From: Minisyncoccota bacterium | GTDB lineage: Bacteria; Patescibacteriota; Minisyncoccia; Phycocordibacterales; UBA9973 | NCBI GenBank assembly: GCA_041648595.1 | Contig: JBAZOQ010000001.1 | Coordinates: 82,242-146,241, forward strand | Length of the DNA: 64,000 nt | Reading direction: 5' to 3' | In this document: piece by piece, positions 49,820-59,496 of the stretch | Numbering within the stretch: the first letter of the stretch is position 1 | Layout: the number at the start of each line of letters is the position of its first letter | Translations under genes and position numbers: made by a program | Notes under the pieces: model-generated | The model's database searches: none | Told to the model about the DNA's origin: nothing | What the model saw: only the letters and a program-made list of their open reading frames with translations

Positions 49820-51313
49820 CTATTTTTCTAAATCAAGAATCTCATCAATACGGATCTTAGCCACGAATTCTGGTACGTGGGAGACTAAAATCAAAGCTCC
49901 TTTATATTGATTAATTGCTTCGGCAATAATAGGAATATGGCGAAAATTTATATGATTTGTAGGTTCATCTAAAATAAGTAACCCTGGACGCTCTAAAACA
50001 AGCCTAGCAAAGGCCACAAGCCCCTTCTGGCCTTCTGAGAGACTACCAATTTTCGTACGGATAAATTCACCTGTAATCAAAAAACTCGCAGCAGTAGCCC
50101 TCATATGCTCTTCATTGAGAGGTAAACCACCTGCAAGCATAGCACTAGCAAGAGATTCATAAACAGTATGTTCAAAATTTAAAGTTGAGAAATCTTGTCT
50201 ATAATAACCGATACGGATACCTTCAAGAATTTTTGCACCCTCCGAAGTATTGTTTGCGAGATGTTCAAGTAATGTACTTTTACCAATTCCATTCGGACCT
50301 TTCAAAAGTAAATGTTGATTCTTTTTCATTTTTATATTTGCTTTGTGTTTTACAATTTTTCCATTCTTTGCATTCATTGTCGTAAAAAAATTTATCGTAA
50401 TAATATCACCATTAATATCTTGTTGCACTGGAATTGTAAAATTTTTAATAGTTTTGTCTTCTTTTCGTACATCTACCATATTGTCTTCGAGCTCTTCTGC
50501 TTTTTCTCGCATACGCTTTGCGACTAGACGAAGTTGACCTCCTTTATGTGCAAAGACATTTGCTTGATCTTTTTTTGCTTGAATTTCTTTTGCAAGCTGA
50601 GCATTTTTCATATTTTCTTTTTCTACTCGAGCTGTAATATCTTTCAATACATTTTTATAGTTACCGACATATTGTTCAACTTTACGTGTATAAATATCTA
50701 AATAAAGAACACCATCCGTAAATGCATTTAAGAATTCTGCATCGTGAGAAATGACAATGACAGTCTTATCATATTTCATTAAAAAATCCGTAAGGTGAGC
50801 GATACCCGCATGATCTAAATTATTTGTAGGCTCATCTAATAAAAGTAAATCTGGATCTTGAATAAGTGCAGAAGCTAAAAGTATACGAGCGAGCTGTCCA
50901 CCAGAAAATGTTTTTAATATTCTGTCGTGAAGTTTTGTATGGCCTCTTAAATTTACAACTTCTAAAACATCATCAATCCGTGGATCTATATCATAAACTT
51001 TTTTAGTAAAACCATTTTCAGTAAAACATTGTTCAAAAAATTCACGCACAGTTAATATCAAATCACCTCTCGCCATAACTTGTTTTGCAGTAGCTATGGT
51101 GAGTTTGTTGTTTATGACTATTATCCCCGATTCAGGTTTTAGAGCTCCAGTGATAAGTCCAAAAATAGTACTCTTTCCAGCACCATTTTGTCCCATTATT
51201 GTAATTTTTGCTCCACGTCGAAGTGGAAAAGAAACATCGTCTAAAATGGGTTTATTATGCCCATATTCAAATGAGACTTTTTCAAATCTTAGAATTACTT
51301 CATCTTTTGCCAT
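49820..51313 (-). CDS. ABC-F family ATPase
   Basis: Two NBDs (GQNGAGKS, GPNGIGKS, LDEPTN twice), linker, no TM. Confidence 0.92.
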   Translation of the reverse strand: MAKDEVILRFEKVSFEYGHNKPILDDVSFPLRRGAKITIMGQNGAGKSTIFGLITGALKPESGIIVINNKLTIATAKQVMARGDLILTVREFFEQCFTENGFTKKVYDIDPRIDDVLEVVNLRGHTKLHDRILKTFSGGQLARILLASALIQDPDLLLLDEPTNNLDHAGIAHLTDFLMKYDKTVIVISHDAEFLNAFTDGVLYLDIYTRKVEQYVGNYKNVLKDITARVEKENMKNAQLAKEIQAKKDQANVFAHKGGQLRLVAKRMREKAEELEDNMVDVRKEDKTIKNFTIPVQQDINGDIITINFFTTMNAKNGKIVKHKANIKMKKNQHLLLKGPNGIGKSTLLEHLANNTSEGAKILEGIRIGYYRQDFSTLNFEHTVYESLASAMLAGGLPLNEEHMRATAASFLITGEFIRTKIGSLSEGQKGLVAFARLVLERPGLLILDEPTNHINFRHIPIIAEAINQYKGALILVSHVPEFVAKIRIDEILDLEK

Positions 51314-51352
51314 GTTTTATGAGAATACCCTATTTTTGCTTAAAATGAAAGG

Positions 51353-52762
51353 TTATTTATACTCTTCAATAAATTTATATAAAAGCCTAACTCCTGTACC
51401 TAGTGCACCTTGAGCTAGATTTTCACCTGCCATTGCTGTCATACGAGGAGCCATATCTATATGTACCCATTTCAGACCTTTTTCACCTCCATCTTTGCCT
51501 TTTATAAACTGATGTAAAAAAACAGCCGCATAAATCGCTCCACCATAACGAGAGTCTTTATTATGCACATTAGTCCAATCACCAAGAGATCCTTTTATTT
51601 CATTTTCATATTCTTCCCATAAAGGTAAACGCCAAACATAATCTCCTGTTTCTTCTCCAACTTTTTCTAATTTTTTTGAGAGTTCCTCATTTGTTGTAAA
51701 AAAAGCAGAAGCTCTCTCACCAAGAGCCACACACGCAGCTCCAGTTAAAGTTGCGATGTCTATAATAACTTCAGGATTATATTTTTGTGCATAAAAAAGA
51801 GCATCCGCTAAAATTATTCTACCTTCAGCATCTGTATTTAGAACTTCAATTGTTTTTCCAGACATTGAACGTATAACATCTCCTGGACGATAACTTTTCC
51901 CAGATGGCATATTTTCAACAGAAGGAATTAATCCAATCACATTCTTTTTTAATTTCATTTTTGCAACAAGTGCTATTGTATGTATAACAGATGCACCTCC
52001 AGACATATCCATATTCATACCAAGAAGACCATTCGATGGTTTTAAATTTATTCCACCTGTATCAAAAGTAACACCTTTACCAACAAGAACAATAGGCTTT
52101 TCTCCTTTTTTACCTCCACTATATTCCATAATAATAAATTTAGATTCTTCGTCTGATCCGCGACCAACAGAAAGTATTGCTCGCATATTTTGTTTTTCCA
52201 TTTCTTTTTCGCCGAGCACTGTGATTTTTACAGGCAAACCTTTCACCGCTTCTTTTGCTTTTTGCGCCAAAATTTGAGGAGTCATATCTCCACCTGGTGT
52301 ATTTGAAAGTGTTCGAGTTTTATTTACTTCTTCTGCAATAATATGACCTTTTAAAATTGCTTTTTCTTCTTCTTTATTTACTCCTAAAATAACTATTTCT
52401 TTTATAAAATTAAAACCTTCTTTTGTTGGCGTTTTATATTCAATAAATTCATAATTCGCAAAATCAAGTTGTGAACCGATAAGCTCAGCAAGCGCTATAT
52501 CAGAAATCTTTATATTTTTAAATTTAAAATCATTAAAATTAAAACAAATCTTCTCTGACTTAACACTTTTTGCCATTATTACCATTTTACGCACAAGTAA
52601 AAAGAGCTTTCTCAAATTCATCTTATCTTTCTCGTCACATTTTAAATAAAGTGTTTTTTGCCCATTCTCTTTTTCAATCTCATCTTGATTTTTAGAATTT
52701 ACAGAAAGAAAAAGCATTCCAGTTTTTATATCTTTTTGACTATTTTTAAATATTATTTTCAT
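51353..52762 (-). CDS. pepA: Leucyl aminopeptidase (M17)
   Basis: GKGVTFDTGG, DMSGG, NTDAEGR, ATLTGA. Confidence 0.94.
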   Translation of the reverse strand: MKIIFKNSQKDIKTGMLFLSVNSKNQDEIEKENGQKTLYLKCDEKDKMNLRKLFLLVRKMVIMAKSVKSEKICFNFNDFKFKNIKISDIALAELIGSQLDFANYEFIEYKTPTKEGFNFIKEIVILGVNKEEEKAILKGHIIAEEVNKTRTLSNTPGGDMTPQILAQKAKEAVKGLPVKITVLGEKEMEKQNMRAILSVGRGSDEESKFIIMEYSGGKKGEKPIVLVGKGVTFDTGGINLKPSNGLLGMNMDMSGGASVIHTIALVAKMKLKKNVIGLIPSVENMPSGKSYRPGDVIRSMSGKTIEVLNTDAEGRIILADALFYAQKYNPEVIIDIATLTGAACVALGERASAFFTTNEELSKKLEKVGEETGDYVWRLPLWEEYENEIKGSLGDWTNVHNKDSRYGGAIYAAVFLHQFIKGKDGGEKGLKWVHIDMAPRMTAMAGENLAQGALGTGVRLLYKFIEEYK

Positions 52763-52839
52763 ATTTATACTATATACTTTTTTCACAAAAAACTCAAAAA
52801 AAAATGGTAATAAAAAACAAATAAAATATCTAGAATATC

Positions 52840-52926
52840 AACCTTAGTTAGATAAAGTAGATAAAAAGTTATCCACACCCCACCTTGCTACTTTACTTGA
52901 CTAAAGAACTTTATTTTGATAAAGTA
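52840..52926 (+). promoter_or_regulatory. Three ACTTTA-N6-TAAAGT-type operators overlapping a TTGACT-17-TAAAGT promoter
   Basis: Boxes at 52840-52859, 52889-52908, 52907-52926. Confidence 0.75.
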
Positions 52927-52932
52927 GCTTAT

Positions 52933-53331
52933 ATGAGTAAAGGAATGAATAAAAATACATCAATAAAAACAATCAATTTAGTCCGAGAAATTGGATCAGG
53001 AATAAACTGGAACGAAAAGAAAAACAAACAATTTGTTGAAGCATTTTTGGCATTAGAAAATGCTAACGAGACACAATGTTTTCTTCGTGACCTTATGACT
53101 GAAACAGAAATAAAAGAATTTGCTAACCGACTAGAAGCTGCTTCCCTGCTTACTAAAGATGTGCAATATAATTCAATTATTGAAAGCACAGGTCTTTCTT
53201 CTACCACTATTGCTAGAATAGCAAAATGGCTAAATGGTTCACTTGGCGGATATCGCCTTATACTTAATCGTATTTCAAACCATCATCATAACTCCCCTAA
53301 AATTAGGAAAGGGTTGTCTTTGAGCTCATAA
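52933..53331 (+). CDS. TrpR-like YerC/YecD (HisR) regulator with C-terminal HHH
   Basis: FLRDLMTETEIKEFANRLEAA...TGLSSTTIARIAKWL..GGY. Confidence 0.88.
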   Translation: MSKGMNKNTSIKTINLVREIGSGINWNEKKNKQFVEAFLALENANETQCFLRDLMTETEIKEFANRLEAASLLTKDVQYNSIIESTGLSSTTIARIAKWLNGSLGGYRLILNRISNHHHNSPKIRKGLSLSS

Positions 53332-53388
53332 TTAATTATTCTAAATTTTCTCGAAATCAACCCCTTCCTAAGTTTAGGAAGGGGTTTT
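53281..53388 (+). promoter_or_regulatory. Putative histidine-responsive transcription attenuator
   Basis: CAT x3 (53281-53289); segment 53303-53316 complementary to 53358-53371; terminator 53359-53388. Confidence 0.7.
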
Positions 53389-53478
53389 ACGTTATGTAAA
53401 ACTTTTAATTGTTCTTTGAAAAAGATAATGGAGAAAAAATGAAAAGAAAATGGTTTAACTATTGTTCTTTAGGAGGAG

Positions 53479-53552
53479 CAGGTCCTCATAAGTAAATCAG
53501 ATTAGAGAAACTAAACAGGTCCTCATAAATAAATCAGATTAGAGAAACTAAA
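53479..53552 (+). repeat. 37-bp tandem duplication (1 mismatch)
   Basis: caggtcctcataa(g/a)taaatcagattagagaaactaaa x2. Confidence 0.9.
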
Positions 53553-53601
53553 ATTTATTTAGTTTCTCTAATTTATAATCCAAAAAATTAAGGAGATAAA
53601 A

Positions 53602-54522
53602 ATGTTACCACAAGCTATAAAAACAATGAAAAAACTACGAGAGATAAACAAATCTCTTGATCATGCCCTTAAGATAAACGAATTTGTTGATTCTTATGTA
53701 AATGAATGTATACTTTACGGTCAACCAGTTACTTTAATTACTCCATGGTCATTATCTAGAAGTTTTAAAGAAAGATATAAAGAACAAGAAAATAAGTTTT
53801 TCCCTACAGAAAAAGAAAAAACTTTATTTAGTTGGGAAATTCCACAAATTGAATTAATCTTAAAAGAAAATAACCTTGATTTTAATTGGTGGTTAATTTT
53901 TTCTAGATCATATATAAGATCTGCAACACTAGATAGAGAACAAGAAAAAGAGTATGTCGAAATGATTACCAAACTTTCAGAAGAAAATAAATCTGAATTA
54001 GCAATCATAAATTGGGAAGACGACGTTATTAAAACAAACCACCAACCGAATAATGATTTATTAAAATATGAATTATCATTCGAAAAGTCAGTAGATAAAA
54101 AAGATTTTGAGTACGAAATAGGAAGACGTTCAAATAGGTCAAAAAATATTCTTAACTTAGATATAACGAATGATAAACTTATAGAAGAAACAAAATACAA
54201 AATTGCTTGTGAGGCAAATGAGGGATTATTCCTTATGAAAAATGAAAATAATCCACTATGTCAACCTGGAAATTTTTTATTCCTAATTCTAGGAAAAGCT
54301 GAAAGATATTCTTTTTTTTCTACACTAGTTCCAGAATTTAAAAAAAGAATTGTATGTGTTTTACGTCCTTATCCTTGGAGATTAGGAGGGTTTGATAAAG
54401 AAAAGAAAGAACTTACACACACAGAAGAAGAATTAAAAAGATTCAGAGAAAATGAAGCAAACGAAGAATCTAATCGTCTTAGATCCTCTTTTTATTTTTA
54501 TTTTAGGGATGGTAAAAATTAA
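53602..54522 (+). CDS. Hypothetical enzyme-like protein
   Basis: 306-aa ORF with strong SD TAAGGAG; no confident family. Confidence 0.7.
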   Translation: MLPQAIKTMKKLREINKSLDHALKINEFVDSYVNECILYGQPVTLITPWSLSRSFKERYKEQENKFFPTEKEKTLFSWEIPQIELILKENNLDFNWWLIFSRSYIRSATLDREQEKEYVEMITKLSEENKSELAIINWEDDVIKTNHQPNNDLLKYELSFEKSVDKKDFEYEIGRRSNRSKNILNLDITNDKLIEETKYKIACEANEGLFLMKNENNPLCQPGNFLFLILGKAERYSFFSTLVPEFKKRIVCVLRPYPWRLGGFDKEKKELTHTEEELKRFRENEANEESNRLRSSFYFYFRDGKN

Positions 54523-54534
54523 AAAAATATTGCA

Positions 54535-54560
54535 ATGCGACATATAAAAATATGTCGCAT
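54535..54560 (+). terminator. Hairpin after the 306-aa ORF
   Basis: atgcgacata-taaaaa-tatgtcgcat followed by a T-rich tail. Confidence 0.6.
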
Positions 54561-54589
54561 TTATTATTTTTAGTATATAATATAATTAT

Positions 54590-55195
54590 ATGAAAAAATA
54601 AGTAGTTTCCATACATGGAGGAGAAACTTTTAGCTCTTATAAGAAGTATATTTCCTTTTTAAAAACGTATAAGTTTAAAAAAAATAAATTCACTAAAAAA
54701 AGATGGGCTAATTCATTACAAAGTAAGTTAGGAAAAAATTTTGAAGTTATTATACCACAAATGCCAAATGCTTTAAACGCAAAATATTTTGAATGGCAAA
54801 TTTGGTTTAAAAAACTATTCCCTTTTTTAAATAAAGAAGTTATTTTAATTGGTGGATCACTAGGGGGAATATTCCTTGTTAAATATCTGTCTGAAAACAA
54901 ATTTCCTAAAAAAATTAAAGGACTATTTTTAGTTGCTCCTCCTTTTGGTGATAGGGATAAAAAATATTCTTTAGCAGATTTTAATCCAAAAATAAAAAAT
55001 TTAAAAAACATAGAAAAACAATGCACTTATATTAATATTTACCATAGTAAGAATGACCCTGTTGTCCCTTTTGAAGATTTTTTAAATTACAAAAAATACC
55101 TAACCAAGGCTAACTTTCACGAATTTAAAAATAGAGAACATTTTAGCCAAGAAAAATTTCCAGAAATTATAAAAGATATCAAAAAAATAATATAA
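54590..55195 (+). pseudogene. RBBP9/YdeN-like alpha/beta hydrolase with TAA at codon 4
   Basis: MKK*VVSIHGGETF in frame with PQMPN...GGSLGG...HSKNDPVVP. Confidence 0.7.
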
Positions 55196-55199
55196 AAAT

Positions 55200-55781
55200 A
55201 TGAAAACAATAAATAATAGAACAACAAAATATCCTATAAATGACATATTTTTAAATCGTTTTTCTCCTCGTTCAATGTCTGGAGAAAAAATAACAGAAGA
55301 AGAACTCATGACTTTATTTGAAGCTGCACGCTGGGCACCATCTTTATAAAACGAACAACCATGGAGATTTATTTATGCAATAAAAGAAACTTCAGATTTT
55401 GATAAATTTTTATCTTTTCTTATGGAAGGAAATAAAATTTGGTGTAAAAATGCATCAATATTGATTGTAGTAATTTCAAAAAAGAATCTTCCAAAAGGTG
55501 ACCTAAATATTGCTCACTCATTTGATACAGGAGCAGCTTGGGAAAATCTAGCATTACAATCTACTTCTATGAATCTAATTTCCCATGGCATGGCTGGTTT
55601 TGATTATATTTTAGCAAAAAAAGAATTTTCTGTTCCAGACGATTATAATGTTGAAATGATGATAGCTATAGGTAAACCAGGTAAAATAGAAAACTTACCA
55701 GAAGCATTTCAAGAACATGAAAAACCTAGTGACAGAAAACCATTAGAAGAAATAATTTCTGAAGGAAAATTTAATTTTTAA
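55200..55781 (+). pseudogene. Nitroreductase with in-frame TAA at 55347-55349
   Basis: RFSPRSM...AARWAPSL*NEQPWRF...FDTGAAW. Confidence 0.8.
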
Positions 55782-57127
55782 AATCCTTCTTCTGTTAATC
55801 TTTCATCTATTCTATTCATATCTCGTGGAAACATTGAAGCTTCACGAATATTTTTTAATCCTAAAAGTTGCATAGTGATACGTTCAGCACCAAAAGAAAA
55901 TCCTCCTTCAGGTGGAACTCCATATTTAAAAGCTTCCAAAAACATTTTAATTTTATTAGGATCCATCCCCCAAATTTTTACATGTTCATTAAGTTGATCA
56001 TAATTGTTTATTCTGCGTCCACCTGAAAGCCATTCCACTCCACGACAAATAAGGTCTACCCCTTCATTATATTCAGGTTCCTCTGGATTGGGATAAACAT
56101 AAAAAGGTTTCTTGCGAGTAGGATATCCGTAAATAAAAACAAAATCAGACCCAGTCTCTTTTTTTACTATTTCACAAATTTCTCTTTCATCTTGTGGATT
56201 TGTATCTTTTTCTCCTCGAACATCACGATTATAAGTTTCAAAAATCTTTTGTTGAACTTCACTTAAAGAATATGTAGGAGTTTTTTCTATCATCACCGGT
56301 AAGGTGGTACCTAATATTTTTAAATGATCAACGTGTTTATTTTCTACTTGTTTTAAAATATATCTAAAAGTTTCTTCTGCCATATCACGAACATCTGTCC
56401 AAGAATCAATAAAACCCATCTCTGCATCCAAACAAACTATCTCTGTCAAATGTCTAGTAGTTGATGATGGTTCTGCACGAAAAACTTTATTTACAGAAAA
56501 ACACCTCTCAAATGCAGACATCACAATTTGTTTATAAAGTTGTGGTGATTGAGTTAAATATGCTTTTTTATCAAAATAATCAATTTTAAAAACTTCACTT
56601 CCTCCTTCTGCCACTGCTGGAGTAATGCTTGGAGCCTGAAATTCAAAAAACATATTTTTTTTCATAAATTCTCTAAAAGAATCAATTATTGTTTCTTGAA
56701 TTTTAAAAATTGCTTGTATTTTTGGTTGTCTTAAAACCAAAGCTCTATTATCAAGTTCTGCTGTTAACTCTAAATTATATCCATCAAGCGACATATCAAA
56801 AGGAAGAGTTGCAGCTTCTGCTAATACTTCAATACTAGTAACCTCAAGTTCAACATCACCATTTAACACATCTGTTTTTATATTTTTATCTGGGCGTTTA
56901 TTTACCATGCCTGTGATTTTCAAAACCCATTCTGGACGAATTTCTTTGGCAACATTTATGGCTTCTTCATGTGAAGGAAGAGCTACACACTGTACCAATC
57001 CAGTCATATCACGCATATCAAAAAAGACCATTTTCCCCTGGTCGCGCCTGATATTTACCCATCCGGTGATAATTACTTCTTTTCCAATATTATCTTTTAA
57101 ATCTTTAATATAAATTCTGTTTTTCAT
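55778..57127 (-). CDS. aspS: Aspartate--tRNA ligase, non-discriminating/archaeal type
   Basis: AEGG, YLTQSPQLYKQ, FRAE, YGVPPEGG, FPRD; no GAD insert. Confidence 0.9.
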   Translation of the reverse strand: MKNRIYIKDLKDNIGKEVIITGWVNIRRDQGKMVFFDMRDMTGLVQCVALPSHEEAINVAKEIRPEWVLKITGMVNKRPDKNIKTDVLNGDVELEVTSIEVLAEAATLPFDMSLDGYNLELTAELDNRALVLRQPKIQAIFKIQETIIDSFREFMKKNMFFEFQAPSITPAVAEGGSEVFKIDYFDKKAYLTQSPQLYKQIVMSAFERCFSVNKVFRAEPSSTTRHLTEIVCLDAEMGFIDSWTDVRDMAEETFRYILKQVENKHVDHLKILGTTLPVMIEKTPTYSLSEVQQKIFETYNRDVRGEKDTNPQDEREICEIVKKETGSDFVFIYGYPTRKKPFYVYPNPEEPEYNEGVDLICRGVEWLSGGRRINNYDQLNEHVKIWGMDPNKIKMFLEAFKYGVPPEGGFSFGAERITMQLLGLKNIREASMFPRDMNRIDERLTEEGF

Positions 57128-57173
57128 ACTCCTATTATAATACCACAAAAATTTTATTATAAAAATAAGAATA

Positions 57174-59402
57174 TCAAGACATGGGACGCTCTATGGTCTG
57201 ACTTTTTACTTTTATCAATTTCTGCTCAAGTAGGTTATAGAGCCAAGTTGTTTGTAAAAATTCACCCGTCCGGCAGTCAGATTGGTATTCGGCCTGAAAC
57301 TCTATTTCATCTACATTTTTCCAAATTAAACTTTTGATTGTTTGTGAGCCAAACTGATCATCTAAAAACCAATCGGGTTGTTGCTCAACAAAAGTAGTAG
57401 TATTAAAAATTTTTATATCCCCGTGGTTATTACAAAATCCACCAAAACTTTCAGACACAATCGCGATTCGCGTCAAGTCGGGAGCAATATCTAAGTCAGT
57501 TATTTCTCCAAAAATATCAGCAGAAATAAGTTTTAATTTATTTTTATCCGCATCAAATCGGTAAAAAACCCATGAGCAATTACTGGCCCCACAACCTTCA
57601 CTGTCCGTAGCACCAAAATAAAAAACATTTTCTGGATTCTCTAAAACTACCGGACTAATATGAGTGTAATTTGGCAAATCGGATGTTACTAAATCCGTTA
57701 TGCCTAAGTTTCTGTCAACATTTAATTGCTCCACATCCAAACTTCCAACAATTTTTTTCTTTGAATTAAGAAAATCGACTTGGTTATTTGTCTCGTTCAA
57801 AAATACATTGGGCACGAAGGAGTAATAGTCCCTCGAGTTATATTTATTGTCATCAAATGTTGAGAAAAAATTTGAAGTAAATTCGTGAAAGTTGATTTTT
57901 GGTTTGTAATTCATTAAAAAACCATAGTTTATAACAGTTGCGGTAGAATACTGATCCACAATTTTTGGAGATATGTGGCTAACCCATAACGATGAAGCAA
58001 AAAACAATATGACAATGGGTAAATAAATTATATGGTACCAATTCTTTTTTTCTAAATTCGCAAGAACATTTTTAATAAAACTTTTTGTCTCAGGGGAAAG
58101 TTTATTATAATCAAATGTTTTATTATTTATTTTCCTAATTGTGGTTGTCGGTCCATCATGCCAAGCTGTGAGTCTTTTTACTAATATATCTCCGCGACCA
58201 GTGATCCGCTTTTCTATATCTTTATAATTTTGGACTCCGCCAGCTACATTTTGATAAAAATCATAAGAGTCCTCAACTCCAAAGCGTTTTCTAGTATCTC
58301 CTGACAACTGAAATATTCCCATAGGACTGAGACCTGGTCCAGATTTAGCAAATGGTTTAAAGTGAGACTCTCGACTGGCTATGGCAAGCATTATATTTGC
58401 ATCAACATTATATTGATTACATTTTTCTTTTATTAAATCTATTATTTTTTCTCGCTCTTGACCCTCAATTTCTATATAAGAAGATAGAACATAACCTTTC
58501 GTACCACGAACAATTACCTCATGCCAAATTTCCGAAAGATTTTCAATATACTTTCCGAGTACACGCTCATTAATAATATTTACTTTTTCGCCATCTTTAA
58601 GCATTAACAAACTCTCGCTTTCATTGGTGTAATCTGATCTTAGGTTTACATCATCACGAATGATAATATCTTTATATAATTTTACAAAACCACTACTGTA
58701 AATTATATTTTCTAAGTTGATTTTTAATTTTATAGATTCTATTTCAGGTTTGCCTTGCCCATTTAATTCTAAAGAATGAAGTCCTCCATTCCAAATATCC
58801 GACATGGTGTATTCCTTACTGTTTCCCTTTAATTCCTGTCCGTACCAATACCATTTTTCAAATTTTTTATATTTTGGATTTTTTTCTGTTCTGCCGTCAA
58901 TTTTTATTTCTAATTTAGAATTAATTCCAACCCTGACTTTGATTCCAAGTTTTTTGATTTTTAAATTTTGGGAAATTATGTCTAAAAACTTACCAGGAGC
59001 AACAATATTATCTGCCATTAAATTTATTTCATTTTCTTCAATTTTATAAATTTTTATTTTCTCTAATGTCGGTTGACCATCAATCCAAAATTTTATTTGA
59101 TGAACATTAGCTTTGAGTGGTAAAATAAACAATACATTTTTTGTATTATTTTTAATTTTGTTCCCATTCCAAGAACCGGGACTAGTAAATTCCCTCTTTT
59201 TACCCTTGATTTCGGCAAATAAATAATCATCTATTTGTATTGCTAAATCGTCGTCGTTAAATAATCTCTTATAATTCTGAAGCCAATTTTTACATCTAGC
59301 TGATATTGATATTATATAAATTCCATTTTCAGGCACATCAAAACTCCAGATATACTGATTGTCCACTTGCATATCTATTTTTTCCTGTTTTATTAATTTC
59401 AT
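57174..59402 (-). CDS. Multidomain protein: SH3b, SLT lytic transglycosylase, TM, beta-rich C-terminus
   Basis: VNLRS...WHEV..GYV (SH3b); AIASRES..MGIFQL..NVAGG (SLT). Confidence 0.7.
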   Translation of the reverse strand: MKLIKQEKIDMQVDNQYIWSFDVPENGIYIISISARCKNWLQNYKRLFNDDDLAIQIDDYLFAEIKGKKREFTSPGSWNGNKIKNNTKNVLFILPLKANVHQIKFWIDGQPTLEKIKIYKIEENEINLMADNIVAPGKFLDIISQNLKIKKLGIKVRVGINSKLEIKIDGRTEKNPKYKKFEKWYWYGQELKGNSKEYTMSDIWNGGLHSLELNGQGKPEIESIKLKINLENIIYSSGFVKLYKDIIIRDDVNLRSDYTNESESLLMLKDGEKVNIINERVLGKYIENLSEIWHEVIVRGTKGYVLSSYIEIEGQEREKIIDLIKEKCNQYNVDANIMLAIASRESHFKPFAKSGPGLSPMGIFQLSGDTRKRFGVEDSYDFYQNVAGGVQNYKDIEKRITGRGDILVKRLTAWHDGPTTTIRKINNKTFDYNKLSPETKSFIKNVLANLEKKNWYHIIYLPIVILFFASSLWVSHISPKIVDQYSTATVINYGFLMNYKPKINFHEFTSNFFSTFDDNKYNSRDYYSFVPNVFLNETNNQVDFLNSKKKIVGSLDVEQLNVDRNLGITDLVTSDLPNYTHISPVVLENPENVFYFGATDSEGCGASNCSWVFYRFDADKNKLKLISADIFGEITDLDIAPDLTRIAIVSESFGGFCNNHGDIKIFNTTTFVEQQPDWFLDDQFGSQTIKSLIWKNVDEIEFQAEYQSDCRTGEFLQTTWLYNLLEQKLIKVKSQTIERPMS

Positions 59403-59496
59403 TGGTTGGATTATAACAAATAATTTAATCTAATTTCAAGTAAAATATTAAATTTTAAAATTAACCTAGTGCGTTGACATTTATATCACTAGAATT

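Noticed and set aside
39432-52877. DnaA-box matches (39432, 44029, 49030, 52869) as oriC
   Set aside because: Isolated single boxes kilobases apart, with no cluster or dnaA nearby; they may still be regulatory.
53479-53552. 37-bp repeat as a mini CRISPR array
   Set aside because: The copies are directly adjacent with no spacer.
46862-55349. In-frame TAG/TAA as stop-codon reassignment
   Set aside because: TAA, TAG and TGA all terminate intact genes here, the two TAA sites imply different residues, and no suppressor tRNA is seen.
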